DNA of 64,000 nt from Octopus sinensis (lineage: Eukaryota), in assembly GCF_006345805.1 (NCBI RefSeq), contig NC_043024.1:2294001-2358000 (forward strand), written 5' to 3'. The notes beneath the pieces are model-generated. The model searched no databases. It was not told the DNA's origin and saw only the letters and a list, made by a program, of their open reading frames with translations. Position numbers and translations under genes: made by a program. Below, in pieces: positions 22,987 to 34,838 of this stretch (its first letter is position 1; every line of letters begins with the position of its first letter).

Positions 22987-23208
22987 CCCTTTTGTTACCG
23001 TATTTCTGTTGAGATGTTCTGTGTTTCTTTCAATTACTTTAAATATAACACGGAATTTAGTAAAATAACTTAGTTATTATTCAGCTAGTGTTTAGGAACA
23101 TATATTACGACTAAGTTTCGGTGGAAGATTTTAATTCAGAACTTTTGAAAACAAGACATTTGTACTACAGAGCCAGAGGCGGTTTCAACCAGGTTGGTAT
23201 CAAAAGGG
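22987..23208. mobile_element. piggyBac-type MITE, 108 bp upstream of the ZNF-1 ATG
   Basis: TTAA|CCC..GGG|TTAA; inverted copy of 6804-7025. Confidence 0.85.
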
Positions 23209-23209
23209 T

Positions 23210-23262
<53 letters not shown>

Positions 23263-23366
23263 CCGGAGTAAACAAGGTGTCCGACAAACGGGAATGTGAA
23301 ACTCAGAGTAACAGGTTTTGTTGAATTTTCTGCTGCTTTAAATAAAGCATATATATATATATATAA

Positions 23367-23655
23367 ACTTAGATATGTTTCGACCAAAGATTGGTCCAGG
23401 TCATGTCTAACTTAATAGCACCACCTGATAGGATTATCTAAATCCTGTTTAAATCAAGTTTTGTTTATGGTCCATTCAAGTAGTGAGTTCTTGTTGATTG
23501 AGTTGTATCCAGGTATGGGTGGCTTATCTGGTATTCCTTGAAGAAATCTGTCCAGACTCCGTTTAAAGTTGATGGGATCCTTTTCCTCTTTGATCTCTTT
23601 CGGGACAATGTTAAACAGCGCAGGGCCTGTTGAGAAAAAGAAATTATGTTGAAGT
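23367..23655 (-). mobile_element. CR1-clade LINE 3' fragment
   Basis: Minus strand HNFFFSTGPALFNIVPKEIK..PINFKRSLDRFLQGIPDKPPIPGY..NSLLEW plus 3' UTR hairpin. Confidence 0.75.
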
Positions 23656-23846
23656 TATTGTAATATAATAACTTGTATTATTCTATTTATTGTACTAACT
23701 AATTACAGACTATTATTTCTTATAACTTATTTTCAAATTTCTAATTATTAATTAATAATTACAAAAACGAATTTTTTTAAAGTGCAAAAAATATTTTGAG
23801 TTATTTTTTAAAGTTTTAATAGAAGTAACAAGCAATAACAAATTTT

Positions 23847-24442
23847 GGATCTTTTCTGTTTGAACGGCAGTTTTTTCTAGCGGTGTCATATGAAATTGTC
23901 ACCCATAATTATGACCTTAGTATCGATCTATTGCATTTCAATCTGTTTTAGGGTTAGGGGTGAGGGAAGGTTATCTTTTTTTCTTCACAAATGTAAATAA
24001 ACCCAATCTGTTTCTTAAACGAGGGACATATTCATACGGCACCAAATGTTTTTTTTACCTCAATAGACGTCAGTGATTGGTTGAAATTGCAGAAATTGAA
24101 GGAAAAACAACAACAAATATCTTACAAACTATAGAATTTTCTGAATAAAGCCAAGAGAAAAAGATGTTTTATAAACACATTCTACCAGTATATGAAGTTT
24201 AAAAGTGTTTAGTTACATCATCATCATCGTTTAACGTCCATTTTCTGCGCTAGCACGGGTTGGACGATTCGACCGGGGTCTGGGAAGCCAGGGGTTGCAT
24301 CAGGCTCCAGTCTGATCTGGCAGTGTTTCTACAGCTGGATGCCCTTCCTAACGCCAACCACTCCGCGAGTGTAGTGGGTGCTTTTTATGTGCCACCTACG
24401 TGGAAATTATTTTAAAAACTGCCGTTCAAACCGAAAAGATCC
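23847..24442. mobile_element. GGATC-terminal MITE with 8-bp TSD (Merlin-like), carrying a family D insertion at ~24216-24398
   Basis: TIRs GGATCTTTTC(T/G)GTTTGAACGGCAGTTTT; TSD CAAATTTT at 23839-23846 and 24443-24450. Confidence 0.85.
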
Positions 24443-24737
24443 CAAATTTTTAGTTTTAATAAAAGCTAATAATTTCTAAATCTAAATATTTTATTTGAAA
24501 TTTTATCCTAAGCTGTTGTATTAAATCAGGTCATTCCCGTAAGTTCTGTCCGATTTTACCAATTTTTAAAATTGAATGAAATTTAATAGTATTTTGGAAT
24601 TCGTTCAGTTTGAACATAAAACAAGCCGCTTATTTTGGCCTGATTTGACGAGTTTAAATGCCAAAAAGTTAGATACACGTGTTATAGCATTATAACGCGA
24701 TTCAAAATACATGAGATTTATCAGAATAATTCACTAA

Positions 24738-24906
24738 CATAGGCACAGGGGTGGCTGTGGGGTAAGTAGCTTGTTTACCAACCACATGGTTCCGGGTTCA
24801 GTCCCACTGCGTGGCACTTTGGTCAAGTGTCTTCTACTATAGCCTCGGGCCGACCAAAGCCTTGTGAGTGGATTTGGTAGACGGAAACTGAAAGAAGCCC
24901 GTCGTA

Positions 24907-24965
<59 letters not shown>

Positions 24966-25170
24966 TTGTGTGTCTGTGTTTGTCCCCCTAGCATTGCTTG
25001 ACAACCGATGCTGGTGTGTTTATGTCCTCGTTACTTAGCAGTTCGGCAAAAGGAGACCGATAGAATAAGTACTGGGCTTACAAGAGAATAAGTCCCGGGG
25101 TCGATTCGCTCGATTAAAGGCGGTGCTCCAGCATGGCCGCAGTCAACTGACTGAAACAAGTAAAAGAGTA
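24738..25170 (+). mobile_element. Family A SINE
   Basis: Full length with long (TA)n centre. Confidence 0.88.
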
Positions 25171-25304
25171 ACATATACAAAAAAACAAAAATTAATAAAA
25201 ATTAACATAATTTATGTTAATGTAATTCTAAAATGGACTGACATTTGATTAACAATTGAAAACAGCATCGTATGATATCAACAAACTGCTACACTAAATA
25301 AATA

Positions 25305-25500
25305 CCTATTTCTTTACTTCCTTCTTTACTTCCAAGGGGCTAAACACAGAGGGGACAAACAAGGACAGACAAATGGATTAAGTCGATCATATCGACCCCA
25401 GTGCGTAACTAGTATTTAATTTATCGACCCCGAAAGGATGAAAGGCAAAGTCGACCTCGGCGGAATTTGAACTCAAAACATAAAAACAGACGAAATAAAT
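25305..25500 (-). mobile_element. Family B SINE fragment
   Basis: TATTTCTTTAC..GGGGCTAAACACAGAG..GGAATTTGAACTC. Confidence 0.8.
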
Positions 25501-25769
25501 AAATAAATATGGTCAGTTTGTAAATAGTTTTCGATGGAAAAGCAACAAATTCTAGGAGAACCAATTCATAAAGAATGAATCGTGGGTTACCAAGTTTCAT
25601 TTAGCAACATAATGCCTAATTCAACTAAGGTACTTTTCGTTGATAAACCTACCCCAGTGCGTTGTGAAGTCCATCAGCTGACAGTACCCAGGGTACTTCG
25701 GAGAATGATCTTTATCAGTGGTTCCCAGGGTCCATTTTACCCCCGCCCCTTTTTATCTTATTGAACGTA

Positions 25770-25890
25770 TCAAACTCAAAAGATGTACGTAAATTGAAAC
25801 AAGCTACATAATGCAAAATTTTTACTTTTCAAAAATTCCAATTCTAAAGGGGTCGAAACAAACCCGAGCAACGCCGGGCGATACTGCTAG
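25770..25890 (+). mobile_element. Helitron 3' end
   Basis: CCCGAGCAACGCCGGGCGATACTGCTAG|T; near-identical to 51769-51860 in reverse. Confidence 0.75.
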
Positions 25891-25967
25891 TATTATTAAT
25901 TAATTAATATAGGACCCAGTGTAGAATATGCTACAACATGCCCTGTGGTTTAAACGTTGTTTTATGC

Positions 25968-27176
25968 CAGTGCTTTTCAAACTTTTTGCTGGAGCGGAAC
26001 CCCAAGGAAACATTCCACTGGCTCGAGGAACCCCAAGGAAACATTCCACTGGCTCGAGGAACCCCAAGGAAACGTTCCACTGGCTCGAGGAACCCCAAGG
26101 AAACATTCCACTGGCTCGAGGAACCCCAAGGAAGCATTCCACTGGCTCGAGGAACCCCAAGGAAACATTCTACTGGCTCGAGGAACCCCAAGGAAACATT
26201 CCACTGGCTCGAGGAACCCCAAAGAAACATTCCACTGGCTCGAGGAACCCCAAGGAAACATTCCACTGGCTCGAGGAACCCCAAGGAAACATTCCACTGG
26301 CTCGAGGAACCCCAAGGAAACGTTCCACTGGCTCGAGGAACCCCAAGGAAACATTCCACTGGCTCGAGGAACCCCAAGGAAACATTCCACTGGCTCGAGG
26401 AACCCCAAGGAAACATTCTACTGGCTCGAGGAACCCCAAGGAAACATTCCACTGGCTCGAGGAACCCCAAAGAAACATTCCACTGGCTCGAGGAACCCCA
26501 AGGAAACATTCCACTGGCTCGAGGAACCCCAAGGAAACATTCCACTGGCTCGAGGAACCCCAAGGAAACATTCCACTGGCTCGAGGAACCCCAAGGAAAC
26601 GTTCCACTGGCTCGAGGAACCCCAAGGAAACATTCTACTGGCTCGAGGAACCCCAAGGAAACGTTCCACTGGCTCGAGGAACCCCAAGGAAGCATTCCAC
26701 TGGCTCGAGGAACCCCAAGGAAACATTCCACTGGCTCGAGGAACCCCAAGGAAGCGTTCCACTGGCTCGAGGAACCCCAAGGAAACATTCCACTGACTCG
26801 AGGAACCCCAAGGAAACATTCCACTGGATCGAGGAACCCCAAGGAAACATTCTACTGGCTCGAGGAACCCCAAGGAAACATTCCACTGGCTCGAGGAACC
26901 CCAAGGAAACATTCCACTGGCCCAAGGAACCCCAAGGAAACGTTCCACTGGCTCGAGGAACCCCAAGGAAACATTCCACTGGCCCGAGGAACCCCAAGGA
27001 AACATTCCACTGGCCCAAGGAACCCCAAGGAAACGTTCCACTGGCTCGAGGAACCCCTGTGCAATAATTTAATAGTCTTATGCACAAATATCTGCACAGG
27101 AGAATTAAAAATTACTGTCGATTTTAGCAGTTTTGTAACTTCTTGCGGAACCCCTGGACTGTACTGGTGGAACCCT
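25968..27176. mobile_element. hAT-type MITE expanded by an internal minisatellite, right TIR missing
   Basis: Left TIR CAGTGCTTTTCAAAC; flanks of the array match the reverse complement of the 202-bp MITE at 47640-47841. Confidence 0.85.
25996..27057. repeat. Minisatellite, 34 x 31 bp (GGAACCCCAAGGAAACATTCCACTGGCTCGA) plus 8-bp partial
   Basis: 1054 bp = 34 x 31; explains the overlapping 31-aa-periodic ORFs in all frames. Confidence 0.95.
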
Positions 27177-27303
27177 ACCAATCATGTATATTTATTTCGG
27201 TCTCCAAATTGAATATCAATTATAAAGTGGAACTTATTAAGTAACATAAATGTTTTTGGGCTGAGTAGATGTGTTTTGAGTGATTCCTGGGTTTAGGCAG
27301 AGT

Positions 27304-27535
27304 GGTACTATTTGAGAACAGCGGTCCCGGTGCGCGCACTCGCGTACTCGCGCTAGCTAGTCGTGACTAGTCGATCGTACAATTATTTACCTAGCAAAGT
27401 AAATAAAACACAAAATAAATAATTTTTTAAAAACAAAGTAAATAACACACAAAAACACAAAGGATCGACTAGTCGCGACTAGCATGCGCGACTACGCGAG
27501 TGCGCGCACCGGGACCACTGTTCGCTAGTAGTACC
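27304..27535. mobile_element. GGTAC-terminal palindromic MITE with 9-bp TSD
   Basis: Long TIRs GGTAC..GGTCCCGGTGCGCGCACTCGCG; TSD AGGCAGAGT at 27295-27303 and 27536-27544. Confidence 0.85.
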
Positions 27536-28091
27536 AGGCAGAGTGCTGTCCCAGAATCGACAAGGAAACGATATTTGCATAAGTATGAAGAACATAAAAT
27601 ACGCGACTTACTGAAGAGATACCGAGGGAAGATATATAGTCGCCCTTAATTCCCTGGTTGCTCAGTTGAAGAAAACGGACACGGTTGAATATACCTTAGC
27701 AGCAGCAAGAGAGAACCTGCAGAGAATGGTGCGATGGTTCTCAAAGATAATTATTTATTATTCAGAGCGGATCTTTTAATTTCTTCATATGTTGTCAAAT
27801 TTTAGCCTGAAAATATTCAGAAAACGTACTTTTGGTGTAGTCTTACTCGCTGATGAAGAAAACTACATTTATTTTCCCGGAAAATTGCTAATTAAAAAGT
27901 TGGAAGCAATTAAATCTGCGGAATTTTATCCAATGAAATGAGTCCGTTGTCCACCCAAGCGGAAGTCGGAGCTGTTTGTTGCCATGGCAATTCCAGTGCG
28001 TCGCTGTTGAACCACGGAGCTTTAAACAAATTTTTGACAATGAAAATAAAAAGGGAATCGTAAAAATTGAATGAATGACCACGAGAAAATA

Positions 28092-28335
28092 GGTACTATT
28101 TAAGATGAGTGGTCCCGGTGCGCGCACTCGCGTATCCGCGCTAGCTAGTCGTGACTAGTCGATCCTACAACAACCACCTAAGCAAAGTTAATAAATCACA
28201 AAAATACAAAATGAATAATTTTTTTACACAAAGTAAATAACTTTTTTTTAAACAAAATAAACACAAAGTAAGGATCGACTAGTCACGACTAGCTAGCGAG
28301 TGCGCGCACCGGGACCACTCTTCTTAAATAGTACC
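28092..28335. mobile_element. GGTAC-terminal palindromic MITE, copy 2
   Basis: Same TIRs; no clear TSD. Confidence 0.8.
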
Positions 28336-28349
28336 TATATATATATTAC

Positions 28350-28446
28350 GATAGATAGAAAGATAGACAGACAGCAGACAGACCGATCGACGGATGGATG
28401 GATGGATGGATAGGTAGATAGATAGATAGATAGACAGATAGGTAGT

Positions 28447-28506
<60 letters not shown>

Positions 28507-28518
28507 CAGATAGGTAGT

Positions 28519-28554
<36 letters not shown>

Positions 28555-28615
28555 TAGATAGATAGATAGATAGATAGGTAGATAGATAGGTAGATAGATA
28601 GATAGATAGATAGAT
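28350..28615. repeat. (GATA)n microsatellite
   Basis: Direct inspection. Confidence 0.92.
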
Positions 28616-28699
28616 CCGTTACTATAATTTTTAGTTACTGCAAAAACATATTGTGTTTTTGTTTTTTTTGAGTGGGTGTGATCTGAAATGAAGGTAGGC

Positions 28700-29380
28700 A
28701 GCATGGAACCGCTTTGGTGCCGTCTTCTGGTAATCTGAAATTAACGGGAAATAAAATGAATGGACGCATTGTGAAAGCTCTACACCGGAACCAGTTCTAG
28801 AGTCAGTTCCCTTTGTGCCATTGTCTCACAAGCACCTTACCTTCTTTCACTCTAATTTAACGGGCACCAACCGAACGACGAGTGACTAACCGTAAAGTAA
28901 CAGTTAAATCACAGAGAACACTGTGACCTATTTTAACACTGTGCCTGTGTGGGTATCTAAGAATTATTTATAGACTTTCATAGAATGACTCCTTGAAGAT
29001 ACAGTGATGTCTTTCTTATTGGAATCTAAGTAAGTATTATTATTAATATGTGAGTATTATTAATGTGTGTGTATTCTTGGAATGCACATGTTAATATATA
29101 TTTATATATTTTCAGTAAGTGGTCCGTTAGTGAAGGAAAATGCACGCAATATCTTGTACGCCATAATTAGTAATGTATTGCTCTGTAATATGTGTGGTGG
29201 CACGCATGTATTTCTGTGTATGTTTTGGAAAGAAACTGACAAAAAAAAAAGATAATAATTGGACACGGTAGAACCTGTGATGTTACCATTATGCGAGATA
29301 CCTTGTTTTAATGTCAGAGTTATATATTGCTACGTAATTGGGTAGGTGTGTACCCCGCCCCAGCTCCGACTTTGTTGCTT
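28700..29380. promoter_or_regulatory. Candidate bidirectional promoter/first exons between ZNF-1 (-) and ZNF-2 (+)
   Basis: Unique, CpG-richer sequence; strong minus-strand donor AAG|GTAAGG at 28841/28840; plus-strand GTAAGT near 29029; GC box CCCCGCCCC near 29353. Confidence 0.35.
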
Positions 29381-31002
29381 CCAGACTTTAAAAAATGGTT
29401 ACTTTTTAACGAATTCTTCAACAAATAACTGTTTAGATTCTGTAGATTGAGAATATGGAAAGATTTGTTGAAGATTTTTTCGATGAGTGGAGAGGAATTT
29501 CGGAAAATTCACACGACCCGACATTCTTCCCCGCTCATAACTTTTATTGAAAATGGGTATTCTTTAACGAAATTTTATACAAATACCTTTCAAATGGTTC
29601 AGATTACGACGACAAAGAAATTTCTTGGCAAAATTTTTGGAATGTGGGCGGAGTGGAGGAATTTTGGATCGGACTGTCCATATAAGTTGGAATCTCTCGG
29701 TTTTGACGCGGATTTTTTTCCATTTTTTTAAAAACAGTCTTCAGAATAATGGAAAGCATGGGAAAAAAAAAAAATATTTTGAAAATTTATGATTTTTTTT
29801 TTCACTCTCCCCACCCCGGACCGAGTTTGACCAGTTTTTTTTTTTCATTTCGTACTTAAAACCCGTGAGAGAAATATTTTCGGTTAAAAAAAAATTAATA
29901 ATTTCAGAGGAAAATGTGTGATTTAATGTAGATCTGACTGTTGTTTCTAGCACATCCCAAGGCCTCGTTTCTTTCTCCCTCACATTTATTGATGTTTTTC
30001 AATGTTTTTTTGCTCCCCGTAATCATATTTTATAGAATGATAATGCCAAAGTAACACACACCTAGTCCATTGCTGGGATATAAGCAAAGGGGAAAAAAAT
30101 GGTAAATTGAATTTTTACTCGCACCCCAACCGAGCGAGGCCGCGTATGTGTGGGGGTAAGGCAAAACCATTTTCTAAAAGAAAATTATGCTATCAAAATA
30201 AGTCCTCGTCTTTTACATATCTCTTATTAAAATCACTCTGGATAAATCCCAGCAATGATCTTCTCAGGGTCTCCAATACTATAGAATTATAAACAGAAAT
30301 AATCGGGGGAAAAAAATCAGATTTTCAAATTTTCCCTTTTTTTTTATAGTATGTGTTTATGGGGGAAATTATTGAAAAACATCAATACATATTTGAGTGA
30401 GAGAAAAACGAAGATGTTCTTGCACGTGCTAGAAACAACAGCCAAATCTCCCTTAAATCACACACTTTTTCCTCGCCCCCTTCCAAAAAATTTTGCCTAC
30501 AAGATCTTGATCTGGCAGAGTTTCTACAGCTGGATGCCCTTCTTAATGCCAACCACTCCGAGAGTGTAGTGGGTGCTTTTACGTGCCACCGGCACGAGGG
30601 CCAGTCAGGCGGTACTGGCAAAAGCCACGCTCGAATGGTGCTTTTTATGTGCCACCTGCACTGGCAACGACCTCACTCAAATGTTTTCTTTTTTATATAT
30701 ATAACTATACCAGCTTCTAAATTACCCTCATTTTGATGCATGTTTAACTGTGGTTGGTAGGGTCTTGCACAGTACCACCAATCAATACTATCTTCTGTAA
30801 CTTCTCTCTACTGCATCTTCTGGTTAGCCATCACCATTTAAGCCTTCTTTTGAATCTATCATCCAAAGATTCCACTAAAACGGAAAACTTCGTTTCTTAT
30901 TTACAGTTTTTTTGCCAATATAGAAATTTAAAGTAAAATTTCCACTTTTGAATCTCGTCTTTTTAAGTATTCTCTCCACCTTATTCTGTTTCTTTATTTC
31001 AG

Positions 31003-31064
31003 AACATCGGATGACATTGCCAGAAGAACTTCTAATACACCATTATCACCATCATCATTTCAAG
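31003..31064 (+). other. Predicted 62-nt 5'-UTR exon of ZNF-2
   Basis: TTTATTTCAG acceptor, AAG|GTTAAC donor; homologous exons upstream of ZNF-4 and ZNF-5. Confidence 0.6.
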
Positions 31065-31520
31065 GTTAACGGAAGATATTCTACGAAACAAATAAAAACC
31101 CCATTTACATAAATCTGCGAAGAATTACTGTGAAATATTTCTTCTGAACAGGAATTACTGGAGAAATTTCTCAGCTTCACTGTCTGGAATATGTACCAGA
31201 TGATTCTGTATTTTAAATAATCTTGGACAAGTTTATATAGGAGTACACCGCATTGTTGTATAGCTACGAAGACCTCATTTGAAGAAATTCTAGCTGAGAC
31301 ATATTCTTTGTGATTAAAAAATAAAGAAGGAAAAATACCGTTAATATCCATGTGATATTTGTAGTAATGCCAGTAGACCTATCAACTATTGGTATCTTTG
31401 TTGATAAAGATATATATTTAAACGATACTTTGAAAAGCACGAATTGTAAGAATTATATAAAAATTAATTTTGTGAGAAGTTGAAAAAAAATTGATGTATT
31501 TTTCTTGAAGAATTCTGAAA

Positions 31521-32453
31521 ATGACAGAAAATTCCTATAACTGTGATGTCTGTCACAAGTCGTTCTCTCAAAAATCTAATCTGAAAACTCACGTACTCAT
31601 TCATACTGGAGAGAAACCCTTTCGCTGTGATATCTGTGGTAAATCGTTTGCTGGGGGTAGTAACTTGACTAAACACAAACGTACACACACAGGAGAAAAA
31701 CCATATCAGTGTGATATCTGCGGAAAATCATTCTCCGTAAATCACAACTTGACTTCTCACAAACTCATTCACACGGGAGAGAAACCATATCACTGTGACA
31801 TCTGTGGTAAATCTTTCTCTCAAAACAGTCTCTTAACTTACCACAAACGCATTCATACGGGAGAGAGGGCTCATCGCTGTGATATCTGTGGTAAAATATT
31901 TTCTGAAAGTGGGGCTTTAACAAGACACAAACGTACTCATACAGGGGACAAACCATATGACTGTGATATCTGCGGTAGTGCTTTCTCTCAAAGTGATTTC
32001 TTGACAAGACACAAACGTATTCATACGGGTGAGAAACCATATCACTGCGATATCTGTGGTAAATCATTCTCTGAAAGTGGTGCTTTAACAAGACACAATC
32101 GCACTCATACCGGGGACAAACCGTATCACTGTGATGTCTGTGGTAGAACGTTCTCTCAAATAGATTTCTTAGTAAGACACAGACGCATTCATACAGGGGA
32201 GAAGCCATACCATTGTGATATTTGTGGTAAATTGTTTGCTGGGTGTAGCGATTTGACCAGACACAAACGCATTCATACCGGGGACAAACCATATCACTGT
32301 GATATCTGTGGTAAAGCAGTTGCTAGAAGCAGTGACTTGACCAGACATAAACGTACTCATACAGGAGAGAGGCCATATCACTGTGATATCTGTGGTAAAT
32401 ATTTCTCGCAAGCAGGAGGCTTATCCAGGCACAAATGCATTCACACAGGATAG
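31521..32453 (+). CDS. C2H2 zinc-finger protein ZNF-2 (11 fingers, subfamily I)
   Basis: MTENS + 11 canonical fingers; ends HTG* (TAG in place of the linker Glu codon). Confidence 0.92.
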   Translation: MTENSYNCDVCHKSFSQKSNLKTHVLIHTGEKPFRCDICGKSFAGGSNLTKHKRTHTGEKPYQCDICGKSFSVNHNLTSHKLIHTGEKPYHCDICGKSFSQNSLLTYHKRIHTGERAHRCDICGKIFSESGALTRHKRTHTGDKPYDCDICGSAFSQSDFLTRHKRIHTGEKPYHCDICGKSFSESGALTRHNRTHTGDKPYHCDVCGRTFSQIDFLVRHRRIHTGEKPYHCDICGKLFAGCSDLTRHKRIHTGDKPYHCDICGKAVARSSDLTRHKRTHTGERPYHCDICGKYFSQAGGLSRHKCIHTG

Positions 32454-32546
32454 AAATGATATCATTATGATGTTTCTGGTGAATTCTTTTCTTCTGGGGT
32501 TGTCTTAAATAAACAAAAACACATTTATACAGCTAAGAAACCACAT
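32454..32546 (+). pseudogene. Decayed 12th finger of ZNF-2, in frame after the stop
   Basis: K*YHYDVSGEFFSSGVVLNKQKHIYTAKKPH keeps the 28-aa register; all four Zn ligands substituted. Confidence 0.8.
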
Positions 32547-33798
32547 CTCTTTTACTTGTTTTAGTCATTTGACTGCGGCCATGCCAGAGCACTGCCTTTA
32601 GTCGAGCAAATCAACCCCAGGACTTATTCTTTGTAAGCCTAGTACTTATTCTATCGGCCTCTTTTGGAGGACCACTGCAATAAGTGTATGAACCCGGGAG
32701 GGGAATATTTTAATTAACTGATCCTTCTGTATTTTCTTTTACCCAAAGCCAGGAACTTTTCAGCAATCCCTCGTATAGACATGAAAACTGGATTCAAGAA
32801 CTGCAGCAGTTCCATTGGCCAGAATGGACCATTATCACCTGTCGGCATATGAATACAAGTCCATACAAGAGGTTTTCTCGTGGTCAATAATAGAGTATCT
32901 GGTGTTCTAACACATTCACTGTTAGTGGAAGATAAATACATATATACTTATAGATGTATCTATAAATGATAGATTTCTTTGTGTTCATCTACCAAATCCA
33001 CTCATAAAACTTAGAATGGCCCAGGAAAGTACTTGGTCAAAGTGCCTTGTTGTGGAAGTGAACCTGAGACCTCATGGTTAGGGAGCAAGATTTTAACTAC
33101 ACATCCATGTCTGCTCCTATTTATGTATATCCCTACACACACTGCTATATCTACTACAATATAAAATATAATTACTTACTAAAACCTCTAAAGACAATTT
33201 TTTTTTTTTAAATATCAAATTTCAAAGTTGGTGCCTACAAGGACATTTTTTAAAATTTCTTTTTTAAACACAATTATGATTAAAGAAGCGTCAATAAAGA
33301 AATATAATTGATGTTTATAAAATTCACAATTATTTGAAAAGTTAAATTTTAAATAAAGTTAAATCAACAAAAATATTATCTTGTAAAAGGATTTTCTCTC
33401 AAATTTTGTGTCTTTAAAATGTCCTCACTTTGTCATTAAGGCTGCAGATTCCCCATTTCTCTCTGTTTTCCCTCCATGGAAAAAAGTTTTGTTATAAAAT
33501 CCCATGTTTTAGGCTATGGAAATTGAAATTCCGATTCTTAAAAAAAAAAAAAATTTCAAAAATTTCAATCCCACTCCCCCTCTTTCAGAATCATAAACTT
33601 CATATTTTTTATGTATTTCAAAAAAAAAAAAAGAGAGAAGAAATTCCGGAAAAAGTGAAGAAATGTTGGGAAATTGAAATTTTGAAGTTGCGATTTTTTT
33701 TTCGGAATCGGAATCTCCATAGTCAAAAACATGGCAACCCGTAACAAAATAAAATACATTTTAAGTGGAGAAGGGGGTTCCATTTACATCTCCGCCAT

Positions 33799-34150
33799 CA
33801 TCATCATCGTTTAACGTCTGTTTTCCATGCTAGCATGGGTTGGACGGTTCAACTGAGGTCTGGAAAGCCAGGAGGCTGCACCAGGCTCCAATCTTGATCT
33901 GGCAGAGTTTCTACAGCTGGATGACCTTCCTAACGCCAACCACTCCGTGAGTGTAGTGGGTGCTTTTTACGTGCCACCTGCAGACATGGCTGGCACCGGC
34001 CGCGATCAGTTGGTGCTTTTTGTGTGCTACTGGCACTGAGGCCAGTCGGGGCGGCACTGGCAATGGCCACGTGCAGATGGTTCTCTTACGTGCCACCGGT
34101 ACTGGTATCACAACTACAATTTCCATTGATTTTGATCGATTTCGAATCCA
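33799..34150 (-). mobile_element. Family D retroposon flanked by a 57-bp direct repeat
   Basis: 33742-33798 vs 34151-34207, 52/57 identical, ungapped. Confidence 0.85.
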
Positions 34151-34624
34151 TAACAAAATAAAATATATTTCAAGTGGAGAAGTGTGTTCCGTTTACATCT
34201 CCGCCATGTGAACCAAAATACGTGTCAGAAACATCTTGAAATACTACAGAAATTATGTTACAAAAATGATAATGTATACCTCTTTGAGTGGTGCATCAAC
34301 TGGGATGATAAAGAAAAGAGATGGGTTGCGTTTGGAGGAAAAAATTATCTCGGGCCAGGGTAAAGACTTGCAGCTGCTAATAAGAATACGTGTATTCTCC
34401 TGGCAGCAGGTTTAATACTTTCCATAAATTGGAATCTAGAGAGGTATTGCTTTAAGAAACAGGCACGGATGCCTGGTCGAACAACCATTCTTTTCACTGA
34501 TTCCCACAATCTCTGTTGTCTGAGTGTGCACCGACACGTTTGTAGGATGCACCAAATTTTTGCTGTGGTTGACCTGAAAGTTGTCGATAAACAAGCGTTG
34601 TATTCTACACTTGGTCTTCAACAA

Positions 34625-34838
34625 CAGAATGGCGCTTTACAATTCCTGTGAATTGACATTATATCCAGGAATTTGCCAATTTAATAATGACAGTGAGGCA
34701 CGAGATTTCTTTCACAAACACAATGTTATTCCTAGTACTGTAGATTGCCCTACACGTCATTCAACTTGTACATTCCGGTCTTTGAAACCATGGCAAACCC
34801 CTGACAAAACACTCGTGCTGCATCTCTTTTGTCAGTGA
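34625..34838 (+). mobile_element. Possible decayed DNA-transposase N-terminus (Merlin/ISXO2-like)
   Basis: EARDFFHKHNVIPSTVDCPT..STCTFR resembles F..H..LP....CP.C...C motifs; weak resemblance from memory only. Confidence 0.3.

Noticed and set aside
25928-27212. 379-424 aa repetitive ORFs as a real protein, or the array as CRISPR
   Set aside because: Pure 31-bp tandem repeat with no spacers, open in several frames on both strands, and derived from a MITE; no cas genes in this eukaryotic context.
31055-31351. 98-aa antisense ORF in the conserved ZNF-2 leader/intron
   Set aside because: The homologous ZNF-4 region has a stop and frameshifts in this frame.
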